A stretch of 63,446 nucleotides of DNA, the filler included, from Octopus bimaculoides (lineage: Eukaryota): the NCBI RefSeq assembly GCF_001194135.2. It is 3 parts of 2 records of this genome, joined end to end, with 100 filler letters (N's around TTAATTAATTAA, not from the genome) between each part and the next. Parts side by side here need not be neighbours in the genome. Positions count along the whole stretch, not along the records: positions 32,096 to 58,606 come from NC_068982.1; 2 more parts are not named here. One strand, written 5' to 3'. The notes below the pieces were generated by a model, which ran no database searches, was not told the DNA's origin, and saw nothing but the letters and a program-made list of their open reading frames with translations. Within the stretch, counting starts at the first letter, position 1. Each line of letters starts with the position of its first letter. This document shows positions 37,714-50,409 of this stretch, piece by piece. The translations under genes and the position numbers were made by a program.

Positions 37714-38670
37714 ATATGAGAGTGAATTGGAACTGGAAAGTTCATAGGCTGGCTATGAAGGAGTGAGGCTAGAACTGTGGAATCTTGCATGCATTAATTT
37801 CAACTCTCTTATGAATAACTGCATTTGTTTCATTCCAGGTAAACTGATATTTCACTGTTCAAAGAAGACTTCAAAAGTAACTAGTAGCGACTTCTTTTTT
37901 AAAATGGACTAAATTTGGCATCGTGGTATTATCAAATACCCGCAGAAAAAGGGTTTAGTCCCTCAAGGACATTCATACTGATATGGTTGCTACATTAAGT
38001 GATGCCGCTCCAGCTTTATCAACAGTGCAAAAGTGGGCAGTCGAATTTAGGAGAGGAAAAAAGAGCTTTGAAGATGACCCAAGGTCTGAACGTCCTGCAA
38101 CTGCCACCACCGAGGAAAACATTAATCGTGTTCACCACATGAAGACGAATGACAGGCGATTGACTATAAATCAAATAGCCAATGTTATTAGCATATCCTG
38201 TGAGAGAGTTGAGAATATTCTGCACGATGAACTTGGAATAACGAAGGTTTCTGCTTGATGATTCTCACGTCTTTTGACATCTTATGTCTTTTGACATCTT
38301 ATGTCTTTTGACATCTCACGTCTTTTGACATCTTATCTAAAGCGCACCAACCTGATCACTTCGCAGGAAAATCTGACATTATCTAAGGCAGACCCAACTA
38401 GTTTCTTTGAACGTTTCCTAACCCAGAATGAGTGTTTGGTTCATCACTTTGAGCCAGATACAAAAAGACAATCCGTGCAGTGGAAACATCCCTCTTCACT
38501 GAAGACCAAGGTTGTTTCATTTGCAATGAAGGTGATGGCCTCAGATTTTCGGAATACAAAAGACATTTTTTTTTTTGATATCTTGAAAAGAGCCACACCA
38601 TCAATGGAGAGTACTATTCCAACTTGCTAAGGTAGTTACGGAAGGCTATCAAGACCAAACGCCCTAAAAA
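37714..38670 (+). mobile_element. Mariner transposon, 5' two-thirds, decayed
   Basis: TIR-like GGAAAGTTCATAGGCTG; peptides MVATL...APALSTVQKWAVEFRRG...FEDDPRSERPATATTEENI and LVHHFEPDTKRQSVQWKH, with frameshifts and stops. Confidence 0.88.
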
Positions 38671-39094
38671 TATCCTCATTTATGCTCTCGTGTACATCAT
38701 TGTCAATACTTGTGCAAGCAAAAACTAACACAAGTTGTTACACAAAAGACTATCTAAAAACCATCAACCACTCTACGACCTACAAATACATTAAATCTGA
38801 ATAATTTTAGATCAATCCGAAGGTCACAGAAACCACATCCGTGTCTCAGTTGGCGGCCGCAACCCACTAATTGTCGATCTCTGGCTTAGTTGATCAAAGT
38901 ACACAGTTTATAAGTGGTGTCGAAGTACCACTATCAAATTACCTTAACAAATTATCCTACATTATTATACTCGGTATCTCATAATATTGGAACACATTTT
39001 ATTTGTAATTTCCAAGATTGTGGGTACTCGCCCACGCTTGTACCAGTGCTAGTTACTTGCATTTAAAATGCATTTCATTATTATGATGCATCGT

Positions 39095-40385
39095 AAAGGT
39101 GGCGAGCCGGCAGAATTGTTAGAACGCTGGACGAAATACTTAGCGGTATTTCGCCCGTCTTTACGTTCTGAGTTCAAATTCCGCCGAGGTTGACTTTATC
39201 TTTCATCCTTTCGTGGTCGATAAATTAAGTACCAGTGAAAACAATGGGGTCGATGTAATTGACTCATCTCCACCCCCAAAACTGCTGCTCTTATGGCAAA
39301 ATTTGAAACCATTATTATTAGACATCGTTACAGCGACGAACTAACAGAACCGTTATCACCCCGGACAAAACTCTTAGCGGCATTTCTTACGCCTTTACGT
39401 TCTGAGTTCAGATTCCGCCGAGGTCGACTTTGCTTTTCATACTTTCAAAGCTGATAAAATAAGTATCAGTCAAGTATGGAAGTCGAAGTAATCGACCTCC
39501 CCAATCTTCTCAAAAACTTTTGACCCTGTGCCAAAATTTGAAATCATTGTTCTTTTCTACTCTAGACACAAGGCCCGAAATTTTGGGGGAGGGGGCAAGT
39601 CGATTAGATCGACCCCAGTACGCAACTGGTACTTAATTTATCGACCCCCGAAAGGATGAAAGGCAAAGTCGACCTCGGCGGAATTTGAACTCAGGACATA
39701 AAGACAGACGAAATACCGCTAAGCATTTCGCTCGACATGCTAACGTTTCTTATTTCTTTATTGCCCACAAAGGGCTAAACATAGAGGGGACAAACAAGGA
39801 CAGACAAAGGGATTAAGTCGATTACATCGACCCCGGTGCGTAACTGGTACTTAATTTATCGACCCCGAAAGGATGAAAGACAAAGTCGACCTCGGCGGAA
39901 TTTGAACTCAGAAAGCAACGGCAGACGAAATGCCGTTAAGCACTTCGCCCGGCGTGCTAACCTTTCTGCCAGCTCACCGCCATAAATTTGAAACCATTAT
40001 TGAGACACCGTTAAGGCTGCAAACTAGCAGAATCGGGAGCACATCGGATAAAATGCTTAGCGGCATTTCGTCCTTTACATTCTGAGTTCAAATTACCTGA
40101 GGTCTATTATCCCTTTCTCCCAAAATTTCAGGCGTTATACCTTTAGTAGAAAGAATTATTATAAGACACCCTAGGGTTGGCAGAATCGTTACCGCGCCCG
40201 ACAAAATGTTTAGCGGAAATTATTTCTCCCGGTTTTACGTTTTGAGTTCAAATGCCGCCGAGGTGGACTTCGCCTTTCATCCCTTCGGGGGTCGATAAAA
40301 TAAGTACTAGTCAAGTACTGGAGATCGATATAGTTGACTATCTCCCTTCTCCAAAATTTCAAAGTATGTGCCTATATAGTTGGAA
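39095..40385. mobile_element. Cluster of about six family B SINEs in +,+,-,-,+,+ order
   Basis: Repeated GAGTTCAAATTCCGCCGAGGT cores at about 39170, 39405, 40080 and 40245, and their reverse complements at about 39680 and 39895. Confidence 0.88.
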
Positions 40386-41506
40386 AAAATTATGAGACAC
40401 TGCAAATTATAAGCATTCCCACATCATTGAATATGGTTGGGGAAATGGGGATCTAAGCAGTAGGCTGTACTACATCTTTAGCAATGTATCAACCAAGAGT
40501 TTTCTGTAAGCACCGTCAGGTTATAAAAGTGTGATGTATATTTCTGTTGAATTATGAAAACATTGTGACTGGGAGGTATCAACTGTCTCAGCTGATATAC
40601 TAAATAACGAAGTATATTTTTATTTGGCAGATAATCAACTGAAAGTCAGCTGTTAAGACCCTTACTTAAGGCTGATTGATATCTGATGTGATATTCAAGA
40701 TAAGTCTATCTAGAATGCTTATGAAACTCAATCCAATATATAATTTACTTTGTTTAATTGGAAGTAAATGAGTCAGTGATGAGACATTAAAAAAAAAGCT
40801 GAATCTGTCGATTTTGACGATGAATGTTCAATTGTTTGCTCAGCCGAATTATCCGCTCTTTGATATAACGTTTAAGTGGCTGAGCATTCTACTTGTACTT
40901 GTGAAGATAAGTGATGGTAGTCTCTCGTTGTCCAAGAAAGACAGTTATACAATTTCTTGCTGAACAACTTGTACAGATGATTTGATTATAGTGATCAAGT
41001 GTCTGTGCTGTACATTAGCCCAACCCATCAAATCAACGTTGTCTGAAGAGGTGCACAGTGTACCATATATCAGGTGTCGAAGTGACCGCAGAGCAATGTG
41101 AGGTAAATTGCTTTGCTCAAGAACAGAACGCACTACTCGGTCCGGGAATTGAAATCATGTTATTATGATCGTATGTGTAACACCCTAATCACTAGGCCAT
41201 CCACCCTCACATCTACCCATAATATATTTCTCAGCCTGAATTAATGTCACAAAGCTGGGTCTATAAATTATTGGTATAACCCGTCCGATAGGCTTCCACA
41301 CAGTTTCCTTCTTCCCGATTACACACACAAGATTTGTGTTAACCTCAAGTTATGGTAAAAGACAGTTTCACCAAAATTCCACCCAGCATGATTGAAACCC
41401 ATATCTCGTGATTGCGAAGCGAACTTGTTCGCCATGAAGCCATGCTTGCTTCCAAACAAAATTAGTAAGCAGTGATACATTTTTGGTTTGAGTAAAAATA
41501 CGGTTC

Positions 41507-42020
41507 TACGTGGGTTGGCTGAAAAGTTCATAGACTGACCAAGACACTCTCATAGAATGTGACCAAATGAGGTTTCAAGACAGTCCCCCTTGTGGTCCAC
41601 ACACTTCTTCCATCAGTGCTTGGATCTCATTGGTGAGATGAACAGCAGCTATGACGTCATCATCACAGCGATACTGGTTCCCAGGCAAGCGTTTTTTCCT
41701 CCTGGGGAACAAATGAGACAGATGGGGCCAAATCAGGAGAATAACCAGTCATGCACAGCAGCCATTGAAAGCAAGGACGTGTGTGCTGTAGCATTGTCCT
41801 GATGAAACAAAAATCCTTTCATTGTTTTCCTGGGCGTAGCTGCCTCAGCAAGTTGGCATACTATTCTCCATTGATGGTGTGACCCTTTTCAAGATAGTCA
41901 ATAAACACAATGCCTTTTGCATCCCAAAAACTTGGGGCCCATCACCTTCCTCGCTGATGAAACAACCTTGGCGTTCTTTTGGAGTAAATGAGGAGGGGTG
42001 TTTACATGCACAGGCAATGT
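41507..42020 (-). mobile_element. Mariner transposon 3' part with TIR
   Basis: TACGTGGGTTGGCTGAAAAGTTCATAG TIR; minus-strand FWDAKGIVFIDYLEKGHTINGE..ANLLRQLR and YSPDLAPS. Confidence 0.85.
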
Positions 42021-42074
42021 TTGCTTTAATTTATTTATTTATCTATTCATAATTCAGAATATTATTACTGCTGA

Positions 42075-42475
42075 TGTTAAGGCGGCGAGCTGGCAGAATC
42101 GTTAGAGTGCCGAGCAAAATGTTTACCGGCATCTTATCCTTTTTTTACTTTCTGAGTTCAAATGCCGCTGAGGTTGACTTTGCCTTTCATCCTTTCGAGA
42201 GAGCGATAGAAATAAGTACCAGCTGAGCAGTGGGGTAGATGTAATCGACTTATCCCGCTTCCTCGAAATTGCTGGCTTTGTGCCAAAATTTGAAACCAAT
42301 ATTACTGCTGATGTTAAAGGCGAGCTAACTGATCCGAGTTCAAATTCGCCAAAGTCGAATTTGCCTTTCATCCCTTTAGGATCAATGAAATAAGTAACAG
42401 TCGAGCACTGGAATCGATGTAATCGACTAATCGAATTCCCCCAGCATTTTAGTCCTAGTGCCTATAGCAGAAAGA
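42075..42475 (+). mobile_element. Two tandem family B SINEs
   Basis: TAAGGCGGCGAGCTGGCAGAATCG... and a truncated second head AAAGGCGAGCT...GAGTTCAAATTCGCC, each preceded by ATATTACTGCTGATGTTAA. Confidence 0.82.
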
Positions 42476-42844
42476 AATATTTCTGTTGTTGCTGAGACTG
42501 TGACTATAAGTAGTTTATCATAATATTATGTTTGTTTTGAAGTTAATAATTAAACAGGAGACAAAGATTCAAACTGATCAGATATACGTACCACTCCTCT
42601 ACACCTCCCTCCTTTGTCCCCAGTACCCATATAAAATTTTCCATAACTTCCCATGGGATGGTACTGCCTATTTTGAGGAGTACTGGTCTAACAGAACAAA
42701 TCTTTATGGAGTAAAAGGGATGTCACTGTAGAATCAATACTGAAAACATCACTTCATACCACTGCAAAATACAGCTCATGGTGAATGATAGGTAGATCTA
42801 CAATTAAAAAACCGGAATAAGATTGAACTGTTGCTTCCAAAACG

Positions 42845-43365
42845 GCTGTGTCGTTAAAATGCTTGCTTTGCAACCAATTGGTTTCAGGCTCAGTCTCAAG
42901 GCATAGCACCTTCAGCAAGTGTCTTCTAGTCTATCCTTGGGCCGACCAATGTCGTGTGAGTAAATTTAGTAGATGGAAACCATTGAGAAGCCCATTGTGT
43001 GAATGTGTTTGCGTTTGTAACTCCTCCACTGCTTGACAGCTGGTGTTGGTTCGTTTATGTCCCATAACTTACCAGTTCAACAAAATTGCCGATATAGTAA
43101 GTACCAGACTTTAATGTCATATGAGTGAATTTGGTAGATGGAAACTATTTAGAAACCCATGTGTAAATGTGTGTGTGTGTGCATGTCTTTGCATTTGTAA
43201 CCCCTCCAATGCTTGACAGTCGATGTTGGTTCGTTTATGACCCCGTAACTTAGATTAACCGATATAATAAGTACCAGGCTTCAAAAGGGATGCATAAAAT
43301 CCTTCAAGGTGATGTCCCAGCATGGCTGCAGTGCAACTGAAACAAGTAAAAAATAAAAGCTAAAA
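42845..43365 (+). mobile_element. Diverged family A SINE with an internal ~165-bp tandem duplication
   Basis: The GTGAGT.AATTT.GTAGATGGAAAC...TAAGTACCAG module occurs twice (about 42955 and 43123). Confidence 0.7.
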
Positions 43366-43817
43366 ATTCTTTATATTTCATCTCTTTTACAAAGAATTCC
43401 TTTCTAAATTTGTGATGAAATTTGTATAGCTTCACCATCATCATCATTTAAAATGTCAACTTTTCCATGTTGCATGGCTCAGAATTCATTAAGACAGATT
43501 TTCTACAGCCTGCTGCTCGCCCCCTCTTGCCAACCTTCACTTGTTTCCAAGTAAGGTAATATCCCACCCCACCTCTGGCAAGACATGTTTCCACAGTATA
43601 TTGGAAACGAATGACACTGGTTGTATGAGAGAGACACATGTAATTGTTTTTCTGAAACCAAGTTTTTTTTCTCTCTCCGTTACTTAGCCTGTCTGTAACA
43701 CTTTCACGTGATTAATTGATGGGAAAGCAAAAAGAAAGAGAAACATAGGGTAAGGTGAATAACAAAAGAGAAAGAGGGGGAGTGTTGTGTATTAAGTCTA
43801 TAAGATTGTGCATAAAG

Positions 43818-43848
<31 letters not shown>

Positions 43849-44006
43849 CAAATTAAGTAATCATCATATTCCAATTTCCTTCACTTTTCAATGATCAGCA
43901 GATGAGCGACTATCTTTTGATATGGACACACTACAGGCTACACTTCCAGGTTTTTGGGATTAAGTTTTCAGAAATAACCCAATAAGTTTACCATTAATTC
44001 CATGAA

Positions 44007-44404
44007 TAGGCACGAGAGTGGCTGTGTGGTAAGTAGCTTGCTTACCAACCACATGGTTCCGGGTTCAGTCCCACTGTGTGGCACCTTGGGCAAGTGTCTT
44101 CTACTATAGCCCCAGGCCGACCAAAGCCTTGTGAGTGGATTTGGTAGACGGAAACTGAAAGAAGCCTGTTGTATATACATATATATATATATATGTGTGT
44201 GTTTGTGTGTCTGTGCTTGTCTCCCCAACATCGCTTGACAACCGATGCTGGTGTGTTTACGTCCCTGTAACTTAGCGGCGCAGCAAAAGAGATCGATAGA
44301 ATAAGTACTAGGCTTACAAAGAATAAGTTCTGGGGTCGATTTGCTCGGCTAAAGGCGGTGCTCCAGCATGGCCACAGTCAAATGACTGAAACAAGTAAAA
44401 GAGA
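44007..44404 (+). mobile_element. Full-length family A SINE
   Basis: Complete head, short internal (TA)n(TG)n, and tail ending AACAAGTAAAAGAG. Confidence 0.9.
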
Positions 44405-44567
44405 AATTCACGGTTCCCGCTAGAATAAATAATTTCAGTCACTGGTGAATAAAGAGAGAAAATGTTTCGCATATAAAATTCCAAGATGACACAGCACTGT
44501 AAAGAAAGCGAAAATCAATCAGAATCACAAAATATTTTTCAAGACAACATTTTATCCACATGTTATT

Positions 44568-44573
44568 TTTATT
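44568..44573 (-). terminator. Candidate polyadenylation signal (AATAAA) for the RhoGEF transcript
   Basis: AATAAA on the minus strand with TGTA just upstream, at the end of a repeat-poor AT-rich tract. No transcript evidence; other AATAAA sites exist. Confidence 0.25.
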
Positions 44574-47500
44574 TCCTTTATGTACAATAGACACACTCAG
44601 TCGTGTGTTTTGAAGGGAAGATATATAAATATACATTACATATTCCTTAGATATATTCACATGTAGAAGTATCACATTCTACGGGTGCAGTTATAAATAT
44701 CTCACATATATACATACTTTTATGTAAATATATATGCAATTTAGGTATCAACACATTCTTAACTATATATGTACATTTATATAAACATATATATTAATAC
44801 ATATGTATATATGTATTATATATATAAAATATTTAATAAAAAATATTCCAGTATTTCTTGTAAAAAGAAAAAAATGGATTGTGATGCAGTGATCCAATTT
44901 TAAAAACTATTTTTCTCAATCTTTAAAAAAAAAATCGTCAGAGAAAGACAATGCCAGTTTGTTCAAAAGTGATTTTTCTATCAACAATTATAAAATTCTT
45001 AACCAAAACAAGTAGATGTTGGTTTAGTGGTAGGGGAGATAAGATTTTTTTTTTTTTATATTACTAATTTTTTTGTGTTTTTTTCTGGGATTTTTGTTTT
45101 TTATTTTTTATTTAATCCTTTTTTATTTTGTTGTTTGCTTGATATTTTATTAATACAACCAAACATTCAGTTATCAAACTAAAGAAACCGAGATCGAAAT
45201 AACAAACACATAGTTTGAGAATCAGAGACTCCGATGTTACTGGTGTAAAGATATTTGTCTCTCCTCTCTCTTCCCACACACCAACTGGCAATGATAAAAC
45301 TGCATCAACATTTTCTTTTTTATATTTCTTGGGAAGGAAAATGGAAAAGCACCTTTTCCATTTTATATATGTACAAAATATACAACTTTGCTTGTCTTCC
45401 ATTAGGTAGGAAATTATAATAAAATGTATGTATGTGTAGTTGTGTGTATGTGTGTCTGTATTACAATGCATATGTATATACATACACATTTAGATAAACT
45501 GTCATGAAATAAAGGAGAGTAAAAACACAATAGAACCTGCAGTTTTAGAATATTGCCAAGAATAGATAACTATATTTTTTCCCTCTTAAAAACAGATAAG
45601 AATCATTAATATAGTAACCAAAATTCCAAACCACCAAAATTACATCTCTCATTTTAACTTAATATTGTTTTAGGATCCTTCAAGAGAGAACGCAAACAGA
45701 TTGTCTACTTGAAAAGAAGAAAATGGAAGGGATAGAAAGTTAAAACTGAATGAGGGTAATTCACTGAGCAGTTTTGGCCAATACTACAATGGTCAGAGGA
45801 TTATTGGTGTTGCAACTAGTATAACTATATACTGCAGTCTTTCAACTGCTATTATAATACTATTACACATCTATTTAAAGATATGTGTCTAAGTTGTGCA
45901 ATATGGCTATTTAATACCAGAAATTAGATTTAGATTTTTATTCAACTAAAATTACTCTACATCTATTAAACTTAACACAGCGTGTTTGTTTTGTCTGTTT
46001 TTATTTTGGTTTTTTTTTGTTTGTTTTTCTTTTTTAATTATAATCAACAATATGCAGAAACTTCCCAGGTTTTATGGATTTGTTTATATGTGAGTGTCAT
46101 GGTAAAAGATATAGATATTTCAAATCCATAGATTGATCTAGAAATGTTGGCACTGGTCAAAAAAAAAAAAAAAAGTCATTGAGAAGCTTCTCCAGAGAAG
46201 TGATCTTTTAAATGCTGAGAACTAACTATAGCTAAAATTTATCAATTAACAAAACAACCAGTTAACAATCTATGAATCAGTTCAGGTACATGGACTATAA
46301 AAAATAGTGAGTCTTTTATCAAATATTCCATTTGAAATGTTGAAAATTATTAAAACAACTATTTTTTTTAGATCTAAACAGAAAAGTAATATTTTCTGTT
46401 AAAGGTAACAAATTATCTTTTAAACCAATAGGTTTAATAACAATTGCTAACTCTCAAAGTGTAGCCTGTCTAATTATTCTTCATGTGATGTCTTAATAAA
46501 AAGTAATAGCATGTAATAAAAATATACACCCTTTAATGATATACAATTAATGCATATATGTAATTTATTATGCATCGGTTTATGTTGTTCTTTAAATACA
46601 TGAATGAACATGAATGTATATTAAGAAAATAAAAATTAATATACAAATAAATAAAGGATTGTCACTAAAAATTCACAAGCTAAAAAGTAACTTCTATAAA
46701 ATATCAGCATTTTTATAATGAAAGTTAGCAGAAACAGTATCATCTAATGCCCGTTTTCATTTACAGGACAGATTTAATTTAAAATATACATAAACAGGTA
46801 AAAAAAAAAAAAAAAGGAACCAAACTGAGAAGGCTATTATAGGCATGAAAAGAAAAAAAATTATATCATTTTGTTCTATTGCTTACATTTTTACCCTAGT
46901 TTTCAAATGGGAATTGAAATTTTATTAAAAAAAACAAGAACATTTTTATTTTCTCTTTTTCTTTCTGTTAATCTTAAAAATTGAAACTATAGATGTTACT
47001 GGTGTTGCTATAATTATTAGCGTAATTATTATTATTTTTTTTTTCATATTAAAATATTGAGATATTAATAACTAGCACAATCACAGAATGCTACACTGTT
47101 AGTAGCTTTCTTGCACTGAAACAATTCACCAAAGGATCTTTCACTAAACTGCTTAGTCTATACTTGCTTTTCTTTTTTTTTTTATATGCAGGGTGCCCCA
47201 AAACTGATTTCTATTGACTTAGTGCCATATGGCCAGGTTTTGCAAAAGGAGAAGTACAGTGAAGTGACTCAGCATCAGTATATTACTCATATCATTCTCA
47301 AGAAGAATGAAGTCCAAATAAGATTTTGTAGGATTAGAGTAAATACTCTCAGGCATTTTTGGTTAGCACACTACCATTTCCAGCTAAACACACTGCCCTA
47401 TATTGTGCCTTAACTTCTCCTTTATCATTAGGCAACAATATTTTGAGGTACCCCCATATACTAAAAGACATACACTCACTCATACACAAAAAGCAGTGAA

Positions 47501-48573
47501 CTGTACAGTGCAGAACTTTTGCACTTCAGTATAGAAGTGACATTTTTTTTTTCAAAAAAAATCTTTTTTTCAAAAAAAATCTTTTTTTTTTTTTTTGTAA
47601 AAGATCTGAAAGTCGTTGAATGAACGGCATATTGCCTCGAAATTCTAAATTTCTTCCGTTTCCATATTTTTTTTTTCCTTTCATTAATTGTAATTTTCAG
47701 AACATATCACATGTGAATTCATCAAAAAAATCATATTGCTACTGGTCTCTAATGATTGTTTCTAAATCTCTAGTATTCAACTAGAGTTTCTGTATAAAAT
47801 CCAACCAATTAGCAAAGTTAGATGACTGTCCCTCCAGTGGTGGTCATGTACTGCATCCATCACAATGTTAGCCAGTAGACTGCTGTGTTACTAGCTGGTG
47901 AAACAAGTCAATAGACTGTGGGTTCAATGGTGTATAAAAAACAATATTTTGCCCAGCAAAATATATCAGAAACAAACCTAAAAAAGAAAAAAAAAAAAAG
48001 ATATTCATTAGATTTATAATTAAGTAAAACAACGAAAATGACATCAAATAAAGTCTTAAATACTTATGGCATGCAAATCTGTAGCACCAGTTCTATGTAA
48101 CTACAGGATTTGTTGAGTATATAAATAGATGACTGCCTACTTATTTCTCTGCGATTGGCCAAATGATGCAGACACCCCTGATGAGAACTCAATAAGGTTG
48201 GAAAGTGATTTTTTTCCACTCTACAGAGGAATAGTTAAATTTGCCCTGTTTATATCTATCTACTGCAGCAGATAGATATAAACAGGGTGGTATGTTAGAT
48301 ATAAACAGGGTAGTATGTCCACCCCAGTATTTAACTGGTATTTTATATTCTTGATCCAGAATGAGAAAAAAGTAATGTTGATCTTGAACTCATTTATGAA
48401 AGAGTGTAACTATATACATCAAGCCATTTAATGTACCAGCTTAACAGATTCCTCTAATCCATCATCCTGACCACTACCATATTCAATCCCTCATCAACAC
48501 CAACATACAGCATGGAAATTAATAACTCCAGTTTTCTGTAGCCATTGGATTTGCTGAGTATATAAACAGAGTA

Positions 48574-48782
48574 CAGTAATCCCTCAACTGCCATGGGTAT
48601 TATGTTCCAAAACCTCCCACAGAAATAATTAAAATCTTTAAAAAAATATAAATACCTATCGGCCACAGAAACCCCGCGATATACTGAGGAGTCCACGATA
48701 TAAATTTACATATATTAGCCAGAAAAATCTGCAATGTACTGAGTGCACAATAAGTGAAACATGATATGGTGAGGGATTGCTG
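48574..48782. mobile_element. Tigger/pogo-like MITE
   Basis: TA|CAGTAATCCCTCA ... TGAGGGATTGCTG|TA; same TIR type as 23430-23657. Confidence 0.7.
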
Positions 48783-48893
48783 TATATTAATTAATGCAGC
48801 CACTTCTGAGAACTCAATAAGGTTTGAAAATTGATTAACATTATTCATTTTTTTAAAAATCTATGGAGAAATAGATGCTGTGTCTGTATGTCT

Positions 48894-48938
<45 letters not shown>

Positions 48939-48970
48939 CCTATCATAATTTAAAATGCATTATGCTTGCT

Positions 48971-49473
48971 AAGACCTGTTGGGGCAAGTGAAACCGTAAT
49001 TGAACCATACTCGATGACCGGCACCTGCGCCAGTGGAGCACTAATAGCACTGTCCGGGTGTGTTCATTGCCAGAGCAGTTGTCTGGCTTCCGTGCTAGTG
49101 GCCTGTAAATAGCACCATTTAAGCGTAATCGTTACCAGCGTTGCCTTCTAGCACTTGTGCTGGTGGCACGTTAGAAAATCATTCGAGCAAGGTTGTTGCC
49201 AGTGTCGCTGGACTGGCTCCAGTGCAGGTGGCATGTAAAATACACCTTTTTGAGCATGGCCATTGCCAGTACCGTGTGAGTGGCCCTCGTGCCAGTGACA
49301 TGTAAAAGCACCCACTACACTCTTGGAGTGGTTGGTGTTAGGAAAGGCATCCAGCTGTAGAAACTCTGCCAGATCAGATTGGAGCCTGGTGCAGCCTACT
49401 GGCTTGCCAGTCCTCAGTCAAATCGTCCAACCCATGCTAGCATGGAAAGCGGACATTAAACAACGATGATGAT
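48971..49473 (+). mobile_element. Family E retroposon with an internal ~65-nt tandem module array and (GAT)n tail
   Basis: About 4.5 diverged modules, then GTTAGGAAAGGCATCCAGCTGTAGAAAC...CATGGAAAGCGGACATTAAAC. Homologues at 55159-55523 and about 56805-57010. Confidence 0.75.
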
Positions 49474-49600
49474 TTCATATAAGATAGAATACATTAAATA
49501 ACATCTCTCATCTCAAATCATTACAACATTAAATCTATTTTAAATTAATAAATGCTGTTTACCTCCTAAGAATTCAGAAACTTTGGGAACATGAAATATA

Positions 49601-50032
49601 CAGGTTGTGATGGGTAAATTGCCATCATTCTATATTTTTAAATTTCACACACGTGTATTGTTTGTCCTTGATTTTGTCAACTACACAGTATAGTAGGGTC
49701 AGTAGGGCACTATCTGTAAGAAAAACAGCACCATGATGCAATTCACTCTGCCAGAAATTTGGAAACGATATGCTGTACTGCTTGGCATTCGTGTCAGAAG
49801 CTCCAATACAAACATTTCAGAGTGTTTGAGTATCAATCTGAGGACATGTACCGAGAGTGATAAAAATCAAACATCCAGTCAACATCATGGTGTTTGGAGT
49901 GATCAATAGTGATGGCAACGTTATGCCTCCATTCATCTTTCCACTCGACCTCAGACTCAACATGGAGGCCTACATCAAGTGCTTGGAGGAAGTAGTACTG
50001 CCCTGGGTCAAGAGGGTGGCTGCTGGAAGGCT
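49601..50032 (+). mobile_element. Tc1/mariner-superfamily remnant (maT/DD37D-like)
   Basis: TA|CAGGTTGTGATGGGTAAATT terminus; KHPVNIMVFGVINSDGNVMPPFIFP..LRLNMEAYIKCLEEVVLPWVKRVAAGR. The subfamily is inferred. Confidence 0.65.
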
Positions 50033-50367
50033 AGCCTGATAGCCTTGGCTATGTCAAGATGGATTTTTATGTATTCTTCTTCCCACTTGGATTTGAAATG
50101 TTGCCACTATTATATGTCTATTCTACTGTAATTTTCTGCATTTTCGTGCAGCTGAAGATTGCTCTACATATTGCATTTAATGTAATGCTCGCATTACTTA
50201 AATAAATGGAGTAGCATGAAACGTGCGTACTGCAATCATCTTTAAAATCCGTGTTGCTTATTTTGATTTTTTGATCACCTCATTTTTGGAATGGTTTTTG
50301 TATAATACCATACTATATTCTGGTGCCTAAACATAAGTACCATATTCAATTTTGAATCTAAATCTAA

Positions 50368-50409
<42 letters not shown>

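Noticed and set aside
40770-40850. Possible C/D box snoRNA (GTGATGA...CTGA)
   Set aside because: Box spacing is too short, and there is no terminal D box or stem.
37714-42020. Two mariner pieces as one element split by an inversion
   Set aside because: They overlap by about 170 bp of transposase sequence that differs visibly, so two independent old copies is the simpler reading.
47186-47413. 75-aa plus-strand ORF preceded by an acceptor-like T tract
   Set aside because: No recognisable motif and no partner exons. It lies antisense within the probable 3' UTR region.
48971-49330. Repeat-spacer appearance suggesting a CRISPR array
   Set aside because: The units are diverged homologous modules without unique spacers, inside a dispersed eukaryotic retroposon, with no cas genes.
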